Part shown: positions 28,641-39,090 of the stretch, piece by piece
How positions within the stretch are numbered: the stretch's first letter is position 1
Layout: each line of letters opens with the position of its first letter
Assembly: GCF_049318325.1 (NCBI RefSeq)
Contig: NZ_JBMOGQ010000001.1
Span: 32,708-96,707 of the forward strand
Source of the DNA: Flavobacterium sp.
Lineage (GTDB): Bacteria; Bacteroidota; Bacteroidia; Flavobacteriales; Flavobacteriaceae
Direction of reading: 5' to 3'
Length of the DNA: 64,000 bases
Position numbers and translations under genes: made by a program
Notes under the pieces: model-generated
Told to the model about the DNA's origin: nothing
Seen by the model: only the letters and a program-made list of their open reading frames with translations
The model's database searches: none

Positions 28641-29903
28641 TTACATATTATACAACCAACTGGCCGGATTATTATAAGTCGTATTTTGAAGAATTAAGAA
28701 TTTCAAAATCGTTTTTCCTGTATCGCCATTGGTTCTGATTTTACCTATACTTTGCTTGGTAGAAACTTTGTCGCCAACGCTTACATTAACACTAATTAAG
28801 TTTTGGTATACCGTGAAATAATCTCCATGCTGAATAAAGACAGCAATATTCAAAGGCGATAATTTAATTACTTTGGTGACTTCTCCTCCAAAAACTGCTC
28901 TTGCTGAAGCTCCGTTTTCTGTAGTAATTTCAACGCCACTATTGTGAACTGTAAGTGTTCTATATACCGGATGTGGTTGGTCACCATAGGGTAAAGAAAC
29001 AGCTCCTTTTTCAACAGGCCAAGGTAATTTGCCTTTATTAGCTCTGAAATTATTCGCAACCAATTGCCCTTCGGATGTCAATACAATTTTTGCTGAAGAT
29101 TCAACGGCTTTTGTTGATTCAGTCGTGGTTGTTTTTGGATTGGCTTTTGCTTTAGCCGCAGCTGTTTTCTTATTGGCTGCAGCAATTGTTTCGCGAATTA
29201 ATTTTTGAATTTGCGCATCAATTTTTTTGGTTTCCTGTTGTTTCTTTTTAATCTCAGCGATGATTTTGCCTTTTTGCTTTTGTATCTGACTTGCTATTTT
29301 TTCTTGCTCCTTTTTCTCTTTAACTAATTCTTTTTTTTCATTCTCGTTTTCAGCAATTAGTTTTTCCTTTTCCGTTTTTTGAACTACAATTTTATTGGTA
29401 TATCCAACCAATTGCTTAGTTTTTCCTTCTATTTCCTGGCCTTGCATTTTTCTATAGCTTGCATATTGCTTCATATACTGTGCTCTTTTGTAGGCCTGCA
29501 AAAAGTTTTCAGAAGATAATAAAAACATAGCCCTACTTTGTTCAGACCGACTTTTATATGACTTTAAAATCATCGCGGTGTAATCTTTTCTCAGTTGTTC
29601 TAGTTCCTTATTAAGTTGGTTAATTTTAATTTGATTAATATATATATCATTACCCAATAACTTGGTTTGTTTTTCGGTTGTTTTTATCAATTTTTCTTTT
29701 AATCCTATTTTTTCTTTTTGAATCTGAAGTTGTGTAACCACAGATTTCTCTTTGCTTTTTACCGATTGTAATAATTGTTCTTTCTCCTGAATCTCTAATT
29801 GAATTTTAGCTTTACGCTCTTCGAGTTCTTCCTGCGTTGGCGGTTGGCTATACATTTGAATAGTGCAACAGAAGAATAATAAAGTGATAATTAATTTTTG
29901 CAT
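28641..29903 (-). CDS. Murein hydrolase activator EnvC family (coiled coil + degenerate M23)
   Basis: Signal peptide, long coiled coil, KGKLPWPV..HGDYFTVY. Confidence 0.88.
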   Translation of the reverse strand: MQKLIITLLFFCCTIQMYSQPPTQEELEERKAKIQLEIQEKEQLLQSVKSKEKSVVTQLQIQKEKIGLKEKLIKTTEKQTKLLGNDIYINQIKINQLNKELEQLRKDYTAMILKSYKSRSEQSRAMFLLSSENFLQAYKRAQYMKQYASYRKMQGQEIEGKTKQLVGYTNKIVVQKTEKEKLIAENENEKKELVKEKKEQEKIASQIQKQKGKIIAEIKKKQQETKKIDAQIQKLIRETIAAANKKTAAAKAKANPKTTTTESTKAVESSAKIVLTSEGQLVANNFRANKGKLPWPVEKGAVSLPYGDQPHPVYRTLTVHNSGVEITTENGASARAVFGGEVTKVIKLSPLNIAVFIQHGDYFTVYQNLISVNVSVGDKVSTKQSIGKIRTNGDTGKTILKFLILQNTTYNNPASWLYNM

Positions 29904-29921
29904 CGTTTGAATTTTGCTAAT

Positions 29922-30707
29922 CTATTTAATAAATATTCTATCATATCCATCAGGAACATTGTACGGAAAAGATAAATCTTCGTTGAATGTTTTAGAATTA
30001 TAATCTATTATGATTGTTGTTTTTTCTTTCTTTTGAAATGCATTTATCGTTAAACTTGTCGGGAAAATACCAGAAACAAAATCTTGAAAATTGGGATAAC
30101 TCACTTCAAAGCTTCTCTCTTTATCCGGTTGAATAATCTCTTGTTTTTTTAGCAAAAATTTTTCTGCTTCAAAGGAAAAAGATTTTTCGGTTTTGTCTTC
30201 TAGAGCATTCAATTTATATAATCTATCTGTTTCTGTAAATGAATAATTTCCACTTGTCAAATCGTCAATTGGTTGTCCAATCAGCATATTTTGTATTTTA
30301 TTAAAATCTAAATCGGTTCCCAACCATTGACTCAACCCTTCATAATTCCCTTTAAAATAAGTCCCGTTTATTTTTTCATAATAGTTTACTTCATTAGGTG
30401 TTATTAATGCTTTTGCCATTGTTATGCCCAATACACGAATGCTAACTAAAATCTTCTCATCCTTCTTTATTTTGACTTCTGCCGAAACACTTTGTGAATC
30501 ATCTTCGTGTTTGTATTTGGCACTTGCTCTGATATATAATGTTGAAAATTCATTTTTATTACTGTAATGATTTTGAATAATTTTTTCAGAAGTTAAAATA
30601 TTCTCTTTATTTACAGCCGTTGTTGGTGTTTTTGTATCAACAAATACCGCTTTTGATTTGCATGAACTTAAAAAAATAACGGCGAGAATAAACAATCCTT
30701 TTTTCAT
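29922..30707 (-). CDS. DUF4292-type lipoprotein
   Basis: LSSC lipobox; LGTDLDF..QNMLIG; usual position in the dut-TPR-EnvC operon. Confidence 0.78.
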   Translation of the reverse strand: MKKGLFILAVIFLSSCKSKAVFVDTKTPTTAVNKENILTSEKIIQNHYSNKNEFSTLYIRASAKYKHEDDSQSVSAEVKIKKDEKILVSIRVLGITMAKALITPNEVNYYEKINGTYFKGNYEGLSQWLGTDLDFNKIQNMLIGQPIDDLTSGNYSFTETDRLYKLNALEDKTEKSFSFEAEKFLLKKQEIIQPDKERSFEVSYPNFQDFVSGIFPTSLTINAFQKKEKTTIIIDYNSKTFNEDLSFPYNVPDGYDRIFIK

Positions 30708-32059
30708 TATTTTTTTTGTTTTTTTATAAGTTCGTCCGCTTTGGAAAAGTATTTGTCTTTCTTATGTATATCTCCCAAACCTGTATATGCTTCTCCCAAT
30801 TGAATATTGAAATTAATTTCCAAAGCGTCATCGTCAATTACAAAATCTAAACCCGTTTCTAAAATTGTTGCTGCTTTTTTAAAACTTTTCAGCTGATTGT
30901 TTGCTAAACCTCCATAATAATAAAACTGTGGTTGTGTTGGGAAAAGCTCTTTCAAATCATCTGTTTTTTTAGCCAAATCGGCAAATTGCAGATTTTCAGT
31001 ATACGCTTGTAGTAATAAAAGTTGCGTTTCAATATCTTCTTCAGCATTTTTTAAATGCATATTTAAATACTTAACCGCTTTTTCCCAATTGGATTTTGAA
31101 AAATAAAATTTTCCTATTTCTTTAGCTACTTTTACTTCTTTATCATTGTCAAAATAAGAAATGGCTTTGTCTAAATCAGTTTCATATTTTGGATTATTTT
31201 TAGTGAAAATTAGAAACTCATTGAGCATTCGGTGCTTAATTTTTGAGTCGATTTTTTTGCTTGGGAACACAATATTCATAGCTTTTGTCGCATTATCTCC
31301 ATCATTATTATTTAAATAAAACTTAAATAAACTTACTTGCGCCCAATCGGAAGTTGGAATTTCCTTTTCTAGTTTTTGAGCAATTTCTAATGCTTTTTCT
31401 TCTTGATTACTTTGCGAATACATGTAAATCAAAGAAATATAATTGGATTCTTCTTTTGGAAATTTTTTAATCTGATCTAATAAATTGAACTTTTCAGCCG
31501 ATTGGTATTTAGCATCTTTTAAAATATCCGCTTTGTATAATTCGCGTTTATCTGATTTCCCATACTTTGCATTTAATTCGTTTATGAGTTCTAACGCTTT
31601 GTCAAATTGCTGGGTGTTCATGTACAATGAAGTCAAATCTTCTTTGTAATCTTCTTTAAATTCTATCAGTTTTTCAACGATTATAATCGCTTGATTATAA
31701 TCGCGCGTATCATAACAAACGTCATACATTCCAACCCAGGCCCAACGGTTTTTTGGATCCATTTTAGCTGCTTTCTCAAAATTATCATACGCCTCTTTAT
31801 ACTTTTTTTGAGCCAGATAATTTTTGCCTAATTCGAAATAAACTATAGGATTTTCAGGCTCAATTGCTTTCCCTTTTTCTAAAGCTTCAATCGCCTTATC
31901 GTAGTTTTCGATGCTTTTTTGTTTAATTGCTTCGTAGAAAAAATCTTCAAATCCATCATCTATCGTAACCACATCGTTTGGTTCATTTTGAGCCAATACA
32001 ATATTGGGAACTAAAAAAGTCCCGAAAAGTAACAGACAATAAATTGTGATTTTTTTCAT
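30707..32059 (-). CDS. Tetratricopeptide repeat protein
   Basis: Signal peptide plus repeated TPR-like helices. Confidence 0.85.
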   Translation of the reverse strand: MKKITIYCLLLFGTFLVPNIVLAQNEPNDVVTIDDGFEDFFYEAIKQKSIENYDKAIEALEKGKAIEPENPIVYFELGKNYLAQKKYKEAYDNFEKAAKMDPKNRWAWVGMYDVCYDTRDYNQAIIIVEKLIEFKEDYKEDLTSLYMNTQQFDKALELINELNAKYGKSDKRELYKADILKDAKYQSAEKFNLLDQIKKFPKEESNYISLIYMYSQSNQEEKALEIAQKLEKEIPTSDWAQVSLFKFYLNNNDGDNATKAMNIVFPSKKIDSKIKHRMLNEFLIFTKNNPKYETDLDKAISYFDNDKEVKVAKEIGKFYFSKSNWEKAVKYLNMHLKNAEEDIETQLLLLQAYTENLQFADLAKKTDDLKELFPTQPQFYYYGGLANNQLKSFKKAATILETGLDFVIDDDALEINFNIQLGEAYTGLGDIHKKDKYFSKADELIKKQKK

Positions 32060-32063
32060 TTTT

Positions 32064-33074
32064 TTATTCTAAAACCGAGTAATCTCCGACACTAATACTT
32101 GTGAAATTCCCATCAAAACTAACATGATTCCCAATCATCGCATTATCTAAATGAGCATTTTTTATATGAGAATGATTTTGAACCAAACTGTTTTTTATCT
32201 CCGAATTTTGAACGTGACAACCATCTCCCAAAGAAACATTTGGCCCAACATTAGTGTTAATTAAAACTACATTTTTACCAATATAACATGGCGGAATGAT
32301 GCTTGAATTTTCTAATTTCACATTGTAATCTACTAAATGTTCTCCGTCATTGTGCAAAAATCCGAGCATTCTTGAATTGGTCTCTACCGTAACGTCTTTG
32401 TTACCGCAATCCATCCATTCATCTACCTTGCCCGGGACAAATTTCATCCCTTTTGCCATCATTTGTTTAATTCCATCATTAATTTGGTATTCGCCACCGT
32501 GAATGATATTGTTATCCAAAACATACTGAAGCTCATCTCTTAAAACGGAAATATTCTTAAAATAGTATATCCCTATAACAGCTAAATCAGAAACAAATGC
32601 TGTCGGCTTTTCTACTAATTCTACAATTTCATTGTTTTCATTCAAATTGATTACCCCAAAAGCTTCCGGATGATCCACTTGTTTTACCCAAATAACGCTA
32701 TCGGCAGTTTTGTCTAAATCAAAATCAGCGCGAATTAATGTATCGGCATACGCAATTACGGCTGGCCCACTCAAAGAATCTTTAGCACACATAATTGCAT
32801 GACCCGTTCCAAGCGCTTCATTTTGATAGTAAATGGTTCCTTTCGCCCCTAATTTTTGAGCAATAGCAATCAAATCTTCTTCTACTTTTTTTCCAAAACT
32901 TTCATGAATGATAAAAGCCACTTCGTCAATTTGCTGATTCAAAACACTGGCAATATCTTCTACTAATCGGTGAACAATTGGTTTCCCGGCAATTGGAATT
33001 AATGGTTTTGGGATGGTTAATGTATGTGGTCTTAATCTGGAACCACGACCGGCCATTGGGACTATTATTTTCAT
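32064..33074 (-). CDS. Sugar-phosphate nucleotidyltransferase
   Basis: MAGRGSRLRPHT..PKPL, WMDCG, C-terminal hexapeptide repeats. Confidence 0.9.
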   Translation of the reverse strand: MKIIVPMAGRGSRLRPHTLTIPKPLIPIAGKPIVHRLVEDIASVLNQQIDEVAFIIHESFGKKVEEDLIAIAQKLGAKGTIYYQNEALGTGHAIMCAKDSLSGPAVIAYADTLIRADFDLDKTADSVIWVKQVDHPEAFGVINLNENNEIVELVEKPTAFVSDLAVIGIYYFKNISVLRDELQYVLDNNIIHGGEYQINDGIKQMMAKGMKFVPGKVDEWMDCGNKDVTVETNSRMLGFLHNDGEHLVDYNVKLENSSIIPPCYIGKNVVLINTNVGPNVSLGDGCHVQNSEIKNSLVQNHSHIKNAHLDNAMIGNHVSFDGNFTSISVGDYSVLE

Positions 33075-33151
33075 TATTTATTGTATTAAGTATAAGACTA
33101 AAACACTACTATATTTTTATTTAACTGTTTACTGTGAATGAATAATGAGCG

Positions 33152-33586
33152 CTATTTCACTCCGGTACTCCCAAATCCGCCTTCTCCACGTGAAGTTTCA
33201 GAAAGTTCTTGAACTGAAATCCATTCGGCTCTTTCGTGTTTGGTGATGATTAATTGGGCTATTCTTTCGCCGTTTTCTACGACAAAATTTTCATTGGATA
33301 AATTTACTAAAATCACACCAATTTCACCTCGATAATCAGCATCTACTGTTCCGGGTGAATTAAGAACAGTTATTCCTTTTTTTGCCGCCAATCCGCTTCT
33401 TGGACGAACTTGCGCTTCATAGCCAATTGGCAATTCAATAAAAAGTCCAGTTTTTACAATAGTTCTTTCTAAAGGTTTTAACTCTATTGGTTCAGTCAAA
33501 TTTGCTCTTAAATCCATTCCTGCTGAAGCGATGGTTTCATAATTTGGCAAATCGTGTTGTGATTTATTGATGATTCTTATGGTCAT
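33152..33586 (-). CDS. dut: dUTP diphosphatase
   Basis: [32 protein letters not shown]; ATG at 33586. Confidence 0.97.
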   Translation of the reverse strand: MTIRIINKSQHDLPNYETIASAGMDLRANLTEPIELKPLERTIVKTGLFIELPIGYEAQVRPRSGLAAKKGITVLNSPGTVDADYRGEIGVILVNLSNENFVVENGERIAQLIITKHERAEWISVQELSETSRGEGGFGSTGVK

Positions 33587-33587
33587 T

Positions 33588-35054
33588 TTATTTTGCTTTT
33601 CTTTTTGTGATTCGACGTAATGTTTCCTTTTCACTATAATAAATGAAGTATAAAAACAGGGTTAACAAACCTATTTTTAGAAGATAATTCTCTCTCAGAT
33701 AAGGAATATAGAATGAGATTGCTGAGAACAAAATAGTCAATCCCAAATAGCTGAAAATTCTATTGAAATCATACGGAATCGGATAGTGATTTTGTCCCCA
33801 TTTGTAAGAGATAATCATCATACTTCCATAAGCTGCAATAGTGGCAATTGCTGAGCCATAATAACTCATTGACGGAATTAAAAGCCAATTCAAAATCAGT
33901 GTTATGGCAGCGCCAATTAATGAAATATAAGCGCCAATTCTGGTCTTATCTATGAGTTTGTACCAAACTGATAGGTTCGAATAAATTCCAAGGAAGAAAT
34001 TTGCTAAAACAATTAATGGCACCACTTTCATCGCATCCCAATAGTTATCATTAGGTACTAAAACTTGTTTTAATAAATCGGCAAACACTATTACAAATAG
34101 ACAAATAAACGAACCAAAAATCACAAAATATTTGGTAATGGTGGCATAAGTTTGCTGTGCGTTTTCATTACTTGCATGACTAAAGAAAAACGGTTCGATT
34201 CCCAAAGTATAGGCTGTTCTGAAAAGCACCATAAACATTCCTATTTTATAACAGGCTGAATACGCTCCTATTTCAGACATGGGAACGTGCATCCAGTCTA
34301 AAAGAATTTTATCAAAATGTTCGTTGATGGCAAAAGCTATTCCTGCAAATAAGATTGGAAGTCCATAAGTCATCATTTTTTTCCAAAGTGCTTTATCAAA
34401 GTTCCACGCAATTTTGGTATAATTTGGAATCAATACTAGAAATGTAGTCAAGCTTGACACAATGAAAGAAATAAAAATATACCCAATCTGATAATTTCTG
34501 AAATAAATCATACTAAAAATGCCATCGGGATTGTTGGCTACCAATTCGGGTAAAATTGCCAGAAAAAATAAAGTCAATAGTAAACTTATAGAAACATTTC
34601 CAATTTTTATTGCAGCATACATTATGGGTTTTCGCTCTGCGCGGAGTTTTGAAAAAGGGATTATTGCCAGAGCATCAAGTGTTAAAATCCAGATGGTATA
34701 GGTGATATATTCAACCTTAATATCGGACCAACTGGCTAAGGTATTTCGGAACAGTAATCCTAACACCAAGAATCCTAAGGACGACCAAAAAAGTGAAATT
34801 GTCGAGGTGGAAATTACATTCTTCTTATTGTCTTCCGAATTGTAAAACCTGAAAAAAGCTGTTTCCATTCCGTAGGACAAGACCACATTAAAAAAAACCA
34901 AGTAGGCAAAAATCACAGAAACTTCTCCCATTTTGCTTTTATCCGGCAAATAAAGCACATAAATCGGATTCAGCACAAAACTGATTAACCTCGGAATAAC
35001 GGTTGCTAATCCGTAAATTAGGGTTTGTTTAAAGAGATTTTTATAAAGGCTCAA
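33588..35054 (-). CDS. Polysaccharide flippase (MOP/Wzx family)
   Basis: Many TM helices; [10 protein letters not shown]; TTG start at 35054 favoured by TATTTTTG element at 35079-35086. Confidence 0.85.
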   Translation of the reverse strand: MSLYKNLFKQTLIYGLATVIPRLISFVLNPIYVLYLPDKSKMGEVSVIFAYLVFFNVVLSYGMETAFFRFYNSEDNKKNVISTSTISLFWSSLGFLVLGLLFRNTLASWSDIKVEYITYTIWILTLDALAIIPFSKLRAERKPIMYAAIKIGNVSISLLLTLFFLAILPELVANNPDGIFSMIYFRNYQIGYIFISFIVSSLTTFLVLIPNYTKIAWNFDKALWKKMMTYGLPILFAGIAFAINEHFDKILLDWMHVPMSEIGAYSACYKIGMFMVLFRTAYTLGIEPFFFSHASNENAQQTYATITKYFVIFGSFICLFVIVFADLLKQVLVPNDNYWDAMKVVPLIVLANFFLGIYSNLSVWYKLIDKTRIGAYISLIGAAITLILNWLLIPSMSYYGSAIATIAAYGSMMIISYKWGQNHYPIPYDFNRIFSYLGLTILFSAISFYIPYLRENYLLKIGLLTLFLYFIYYSEKETLRRITKRKAK

Positions 35055-35103
35055 TGAGAGTTTGTTTAAGGTATTGAACAAAAATAACTATTAAATTCAT
35101 TCC

Positions 35104-35135
35104 AAAAAAAAAGAGCGAACAAATGTTCACTCTTT
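35104..35135 (-). terminator. atp operon terminator
   Basis: AAAGAGTGAAC ATTT GTTCGCTCTTTTTTTTT on - strand after atpG. Confidence 0.8.
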
Positions 35136-35154
35136 CTTATCATTTTATTTTTTA

Positions 35155-36015
35155 TTATCCTTTCAATGCTTCGGCTCCACCAACAATCTCTAAGATTTCG
35201 TTTGTAATAGCCGCTTGACGCGCTTTGTTATAGGTTAATTTCAATTGGTTTCTCAATTCGGTTGCGTTGTCAGTTGCTTTGTGCATTGCCGTCATACGCG
35301 CTCCGTGTTCTGAAGCAAATGAATCTCTGATTGCTTTGTATAATTGAGTTTTCAAAGATTTTGGAATCAATGTTAATACAATTTCTTCTTTTGAAGGTTC
35401 AAAAATATAATCTCCTGTTGAAGCTGGAACATCTGATTTAATTGGTGCTAACGGCAAAAATTGTTCGATTTGAACGATTTGTGTTGCGGCATTTTTAAAT
35501 TGGTTATATACCAATTCAATTTTGTCATACTCACCTGTAACAAATTTTTCAGTTAATGCTTCAGCTATTTCAGCAACTCTTTCAAAAGTGAGTTCGTCAA
35601 ATATTTCGCTTTTGTTATCAATAACGGTATTTGTTTTTCTTAAGATGTCATTTCCTTTTTTACCAATCGCATAAATATCAACCTGCTTTCCAACATAACT
35701 ATCCGCAACTTCTTTGGCTTGCTTAATAACGTTGGTGTTAAATGCGCCTGCCAAACCTCTATTAGAGGTTATAACAACAATTAAAACTTTGTTTATTTCG
35801 CGTTGCGATGTAAACTCTCCGCCTGCATCTCCCTCTAAAGTAGCGCTTACATTTTGCAAAAGTTCGGTTAATTTTTCGGCATAAGGTCGCATCGCTGTAA
35901 TAGCATCTTGAGCTTTTTTCAGCTTTGCAGCAGAAACCATTTTCATCGCCGATGTAATTTGCATCGTAGATGAAACTGAACTAATCCGATTACGTATTTC
36001 CTTTAAGTTAGCCAT
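35155..36015 (-). CDS. atpG: ATP synthase F1 gamma
   Basis: QITSAMKMVSAAK; RQAAITNEILEI. Confidence 0.98.
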   Translation of the reverse strand: MANLKEIRNRISSVSSTMQITSAMKMVSAAKLKKAQDAITAMRPYAEKLTELLQNVSATLEGDAGGEFTSQREINKVLIVVITSNRGLAGAFNTNVIKQAKEVADSYVGKQVDIYAIGKKGNDILRKTNTVIDNKSEIFDELTFERVAEIAEALTEKFVTGEYDKIELVYNQFKNAATQIVQIEQFLPLAPIKSDVPASTGDYIFEPSKEEIVLTLIPKSLKTQLYKAIRDSFASEHGARMTAMHKATDNATELRNQLKLTYNKARQAAITNEILEIVGGAEALKG

Positions 36016-36019
36016 AGTA

Positions 36020-36095
36020 AATTTGAAAATTTAGCTAATTTGAAAATTTGAAAATTAGTAACATCTTCAAATTCTCAAATCTTCAAATTGGTTAA
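36020..36095. repeat. Empty inverted octamer element (same unit as the arms at 1119-1538)
   Basis: AATTTGAA x3 plus variants, then TCTTCAAA TTCTCAAA TCTTCAAA; fills the atpA-atpG gap. Confidence 0.85.
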
Positions 36096-37670
36096 TTAGT
36101 ATTTCGCTGAAAGTTCTTTAGCTACTATTTCTAAAACGTCGGTAATAGTATCATCTAATTTACCGGCTTTTAAAGCATCTAAAATATCTCTATGCTTGTT
36201 ATTTAAGTAATCAATGTAACTTCTTTCGAATTCTTTCACTTTGTTAACAGGAACATTTCGCAACAAGTTTTTTGAACCTGCATAGATAATAGCAACCTGA
36301 TCTTCTACAGTATACGGATCGTTAACTGCTTGTTTCAGAATTTCAACGTTTCTTTTTCCTTTTTCGATTACGTTTAAAGTAACCGCATCCAAATCAGAAC
36401 CAAATTTTGCAAACGCTTCCAATTCACGGAATTGTGCTTGGTCTAATTTTAATGTTCCAGCTACTTTTTTCATTGATTTAATTTGAGCGTTACCTCCAAC
36501 ACGAGATACCGAAATACCTACGTTAATTGCCGGACGAACTCCAGAGTTGAACAAATCTCCATCCAAGAAAATTTGTCCATCAGTAATCGAAATTACGTTA
36601 GTTGGAATATATGCAGATACGTCGCCTGCTTGCGTTTCAATAATTGGCAAAGCAGTTAATGAACCTCCACCTTTTACGATACCTTTTAAAGTATCTGGCA
36701 AATCGTTCATGTTTTTTGCGATATCGTCGTCGGCGATTACTTTACAAGCTCTTTCTAACAAACGAGAGTGTAAGTAGAAAACGTCTCCAGGATATGCCTC
36801 ACGACCCGGTGGTCTTCTTAATAAAAGAGATACCTCACGATAAGCTACCGCTTGTTTTGATAAATCATCATAGATAATCAAAGCAGGACGACCTGAATCT
36901 CTGAAATATTCTCCGATCGCAGCTCCGGCCATTGGCGCATAAACTTGCATTGGCGCTGGATCAGAAGCATTAGCAGCTACAATAGTTGTATAAGCCATAG
37001 CGCCTTTTTCTTCTAATGTTTTAGCAATATTAGCTACTGTTGAAGCTTTTTGTCCTATCGCCACATAGATACAAAATACTGGTTTTCCAGCATCGTAAAA
37101 TTCTTTTTGGTTCAAAATGGTATCGATACAAACTGTAGTTTTACCTGTTTGACGGTCACCGATAACAAGCTCACGTTGACCTCTTCCAACCGGAATCATC
37201 GCATCGATAGATTTGATACCTGTTTGTAAAGGTTCTGTTACTGGTTGACGGAAAATAACTCCAGGAGCTTTTCTTTCCAATGGCATTTCGTATAATTCGC
37301 CACTAATTGGGCCTTTACCGTCGATTGGCTCACCAAGTGTATTAACTACACGTCCTACGATTTGTTCACCAACTTTTAGAGATGCTATACGTTGTGTTCT
37401 TTTTACTATAGATCCTTCTCTAATTCCAGTAGATGGTCCTAAAAGTACAACTCCCACATTGTCTTCTTCTAAGTTCAAAACAATAGCTTCCAATCCGTTT
37501 TCGAATTGTACTAACTCACCGTATTGCGCGTTTGATAGCCCGTAAACACGCGCGATACCATCACCTACTTGAAGAACAGTTCCTACTTCTTCTAATGTTG
37601 CACCTGATTCAAAACCAGATAATTGTTTCTTTAATATTGCTGTAATTTCAGCTGGATTAATTTCTGCCAT
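36096..37670 (-). CDS. atpA: ATP synthase F1 alpha
   Basis: [23 protein letters not shown]. Confidence 0.99.
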   Translation of the reverse strand: MAEINPAEITAILKKQLSGFESGATLEEVGTVLQVGDGIARVYGLSNAQYGELVQFENGLEAIVLNLEEDNVGVVLLGPSTGIREGSIVKRTQRIASLKVGEQIVGRVVNTLGEPIDGKGPISGELYEMPLERKAPGVIFRQPVTEPLQTGIKSIDAMIPVGRGQRELVIGDRQTGKTTVCIDTILNQKEFYDAGKPVFCIYVAIGQKASTVANIAKTLEEKGAMAYTTIVAANASDPAPMQVYAPMAGAAIGEYFRDSGRPALIIYDDLSKQAVAYREVSLLLRRPPGREAYPGDVFYLHSRLLERACKVIADDDIAKNMNDLPDTLKGIVKGGGSLTALPIIETQAGDVSAYIPTNVISITDGQIFLDGDLFNSGVRPAINVGISVSRVGGNAQIKSMKKVAGTLKLDQAQFRELEAFAKFGSDLDAVTLNVIEKGKRNVEILKQAVNDPYTVEDQVAIIYAGSKNLLRNVPVNKVKEFERSYIDYLNNKHRDILDALKAGKLDDTITDVLEIVAKELSAKY

Positions 37671-37693
37671 TTTGATATATCTTTAATGGTAAT

Positions 37694-38221
37694 CTAATTA
37701 CTAAACTCTCTTTTTAATTCTTGTAATCTGTTTGATACAGAAGCATTATATTGTTTGTCGCCTATTCTCAATATAAATCCACCAATGATTGATGGGTCAA
37801 TTGTGTTTTTGATAGTTATTTTTTTAGTTGACATGGATGTTGCTTTTGCCAATATTTTAGCTTCTAAATCAGCCGTAATAGGAAAAGCCGTCGTCACATT
37901 TGCAACTTCAACACCATTCATATCATCAAATTGTACGTTGAATTGGGCGGCAATAGCCTCTAGTATTTCAAATCTTTTATTTTCCTGTAGCAATCTGAAA
38001 AGCGATTTGGTATCTTCTTCAACAGATCCAAATACTTCTGACAACACGTTCATCTTAACTTCTGAAGTAATGATTGGGCTTGCCAAAAAATCTTTTAAAT
38101 CAGCACTAGAATTAACCGCAGTAATGATGGATTTCATATCATCATTAACTTGGTTTGCTTTTCCTGTTGAAACCGCAGTTTCTAATATTGCTTTAGCGTA
38201 TCTAATCGCAGCTCTTGACAT
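37694..38221 (-). CDS. atpH: ATP synthase F1 delta
   Basis: RYAKA, DPSIIGGFIL; operon position. Confidence 0.95.
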   Translation of the reverse strand: MSRAAIRYAKAILETAVSTGKANQVNDDMKSIITAVNSSADLKDFLASPIITSEVKMNVLSEVFGSVEEDTKSLFRLLQENKRFEILEAIAAQFNVQFDDMNGVEVANVTTAFPITADLEAKILAKATSMSTKKITIKNTIDPSIIGGFILRIGDKQYNASVSNRLQELKREFSN

Positions 38222-38226
38222 AACGA

Positions 38227-38727
38227 TTAATTTAATTTAACATCACCCAACATTTTCTCAACCAATTTGGTTTGAGATTCTTTGTTAGACAATTCTTCTT
38301 TTAATAATTTTTCGGCTATTTCTAAAGATAATGTTGAAACTTGTATTTTCAATTCATTCATTGCCGCATTTTTTTCGCTTTCAATAGCTGCCTTAGCTTG
38401 TTCTATCATTTTTTGACCAGCTACTTGAGCTTCAGCTTTCGCATCACTAATCATTTTTTCTTTGATTTCTCGTGCTTCTTTCATCATAGCTTCTCTATCC
38501 GATCTAGCTTCAGCTAATAATTTCTCATTATCTGATCTTAAGTTTTGCATGTCTCTTTTTGCAATTTCGGCTGAAAGCAATGCATTTTTGATTCCTTCTT
38601 CTCTTTCGTTAATGATATCCAAAATTGGTTTCCATGCGAATTTTTTCAATAATAAAATCAATCCTACGAAAATGACGAATTGCCAAAAGAACAATCCTAA
38701 CGAAAAATCACTAATTAACTTATCCAT
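38227..38727 (-). CDS. atpF: ATP synthase F0 b
   Basis: N-terminal TM helix, KFAWKPI..ERE, coiled coil. Confidence 0.95.
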   Translation of the reverse strand: MDKLISDFSLGLFFWQFVIFVGLILLLKKFAWKPILDIINEREEGIKNALLSAEIAKRDMQNLRSDNEKLLAEARSDREAMMKEAREIKEKMISDAKAEAQVAGQKMIEQAKAAIESEKNAAMNELKIQVSTLSLEIAEKLLKEELSNKESQTKLVEKMLGDVKLN

Positions 38728-38768
38728 AGTACAATATAATTATAGTCTTTTATTTTAATTTTTTAAAC

Positions 38769-38797
38769 ATAAGCCACAACCAACCGTTGTGGCTTAT
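38769..38797 (-). other. Perfect 12-bp stem-loop downstream of atpE
   Basis: ATAAGCCACAAC CAACC GTTGTGGCTTAT. Confidence 0.75.
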
Positions 38798-38805
38798 TGT
38801 TTTTT

Positions 38806-39006
38806 TTAGTTTTCAGAAACTGCAAATAATGCAGCAAATCCGATACCTTCAATAAGAGCTGCTGCGATCAACATCGCTGTCTGGATTTTTCCAGAAGCAT
38901 CTGGTTGACGAGAGATAGCATCCATTGCTGAACCACCAATTCTTCCGATACCAATACCTGCTCCGATTACTACTAATCCTGCTCCGATAATTCTAGGAAT
39001 TGTCAT
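38806..39006 (-). CDS. atpE: ATP synthase F0 c
   Basis: GxGxGxG, RQP loop, Glu in AALIEG. Confidence 0.97.
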   Translation of the reverse strand: MTIPRIIGAGLVVIGAGIGIGRIGGSAMDAISRQPDASGKIQTAMLIAAALIEGIGFAALFAVSEN

Positions 39007-39090
39007 AAAAATATGTATTAAAAATTAAACATTCAATTTATTTTGCCAACGCACTGTTTGGCACTTCGCTTAAAATGTCCAATGAACATT

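Noticed and set aside
33085-33150. Further ACTG-family element between dut and the nucleotidyltransferase (ACTAAAACACTA)
   Set aside because: Too degenerate to separate from AT-rich background.
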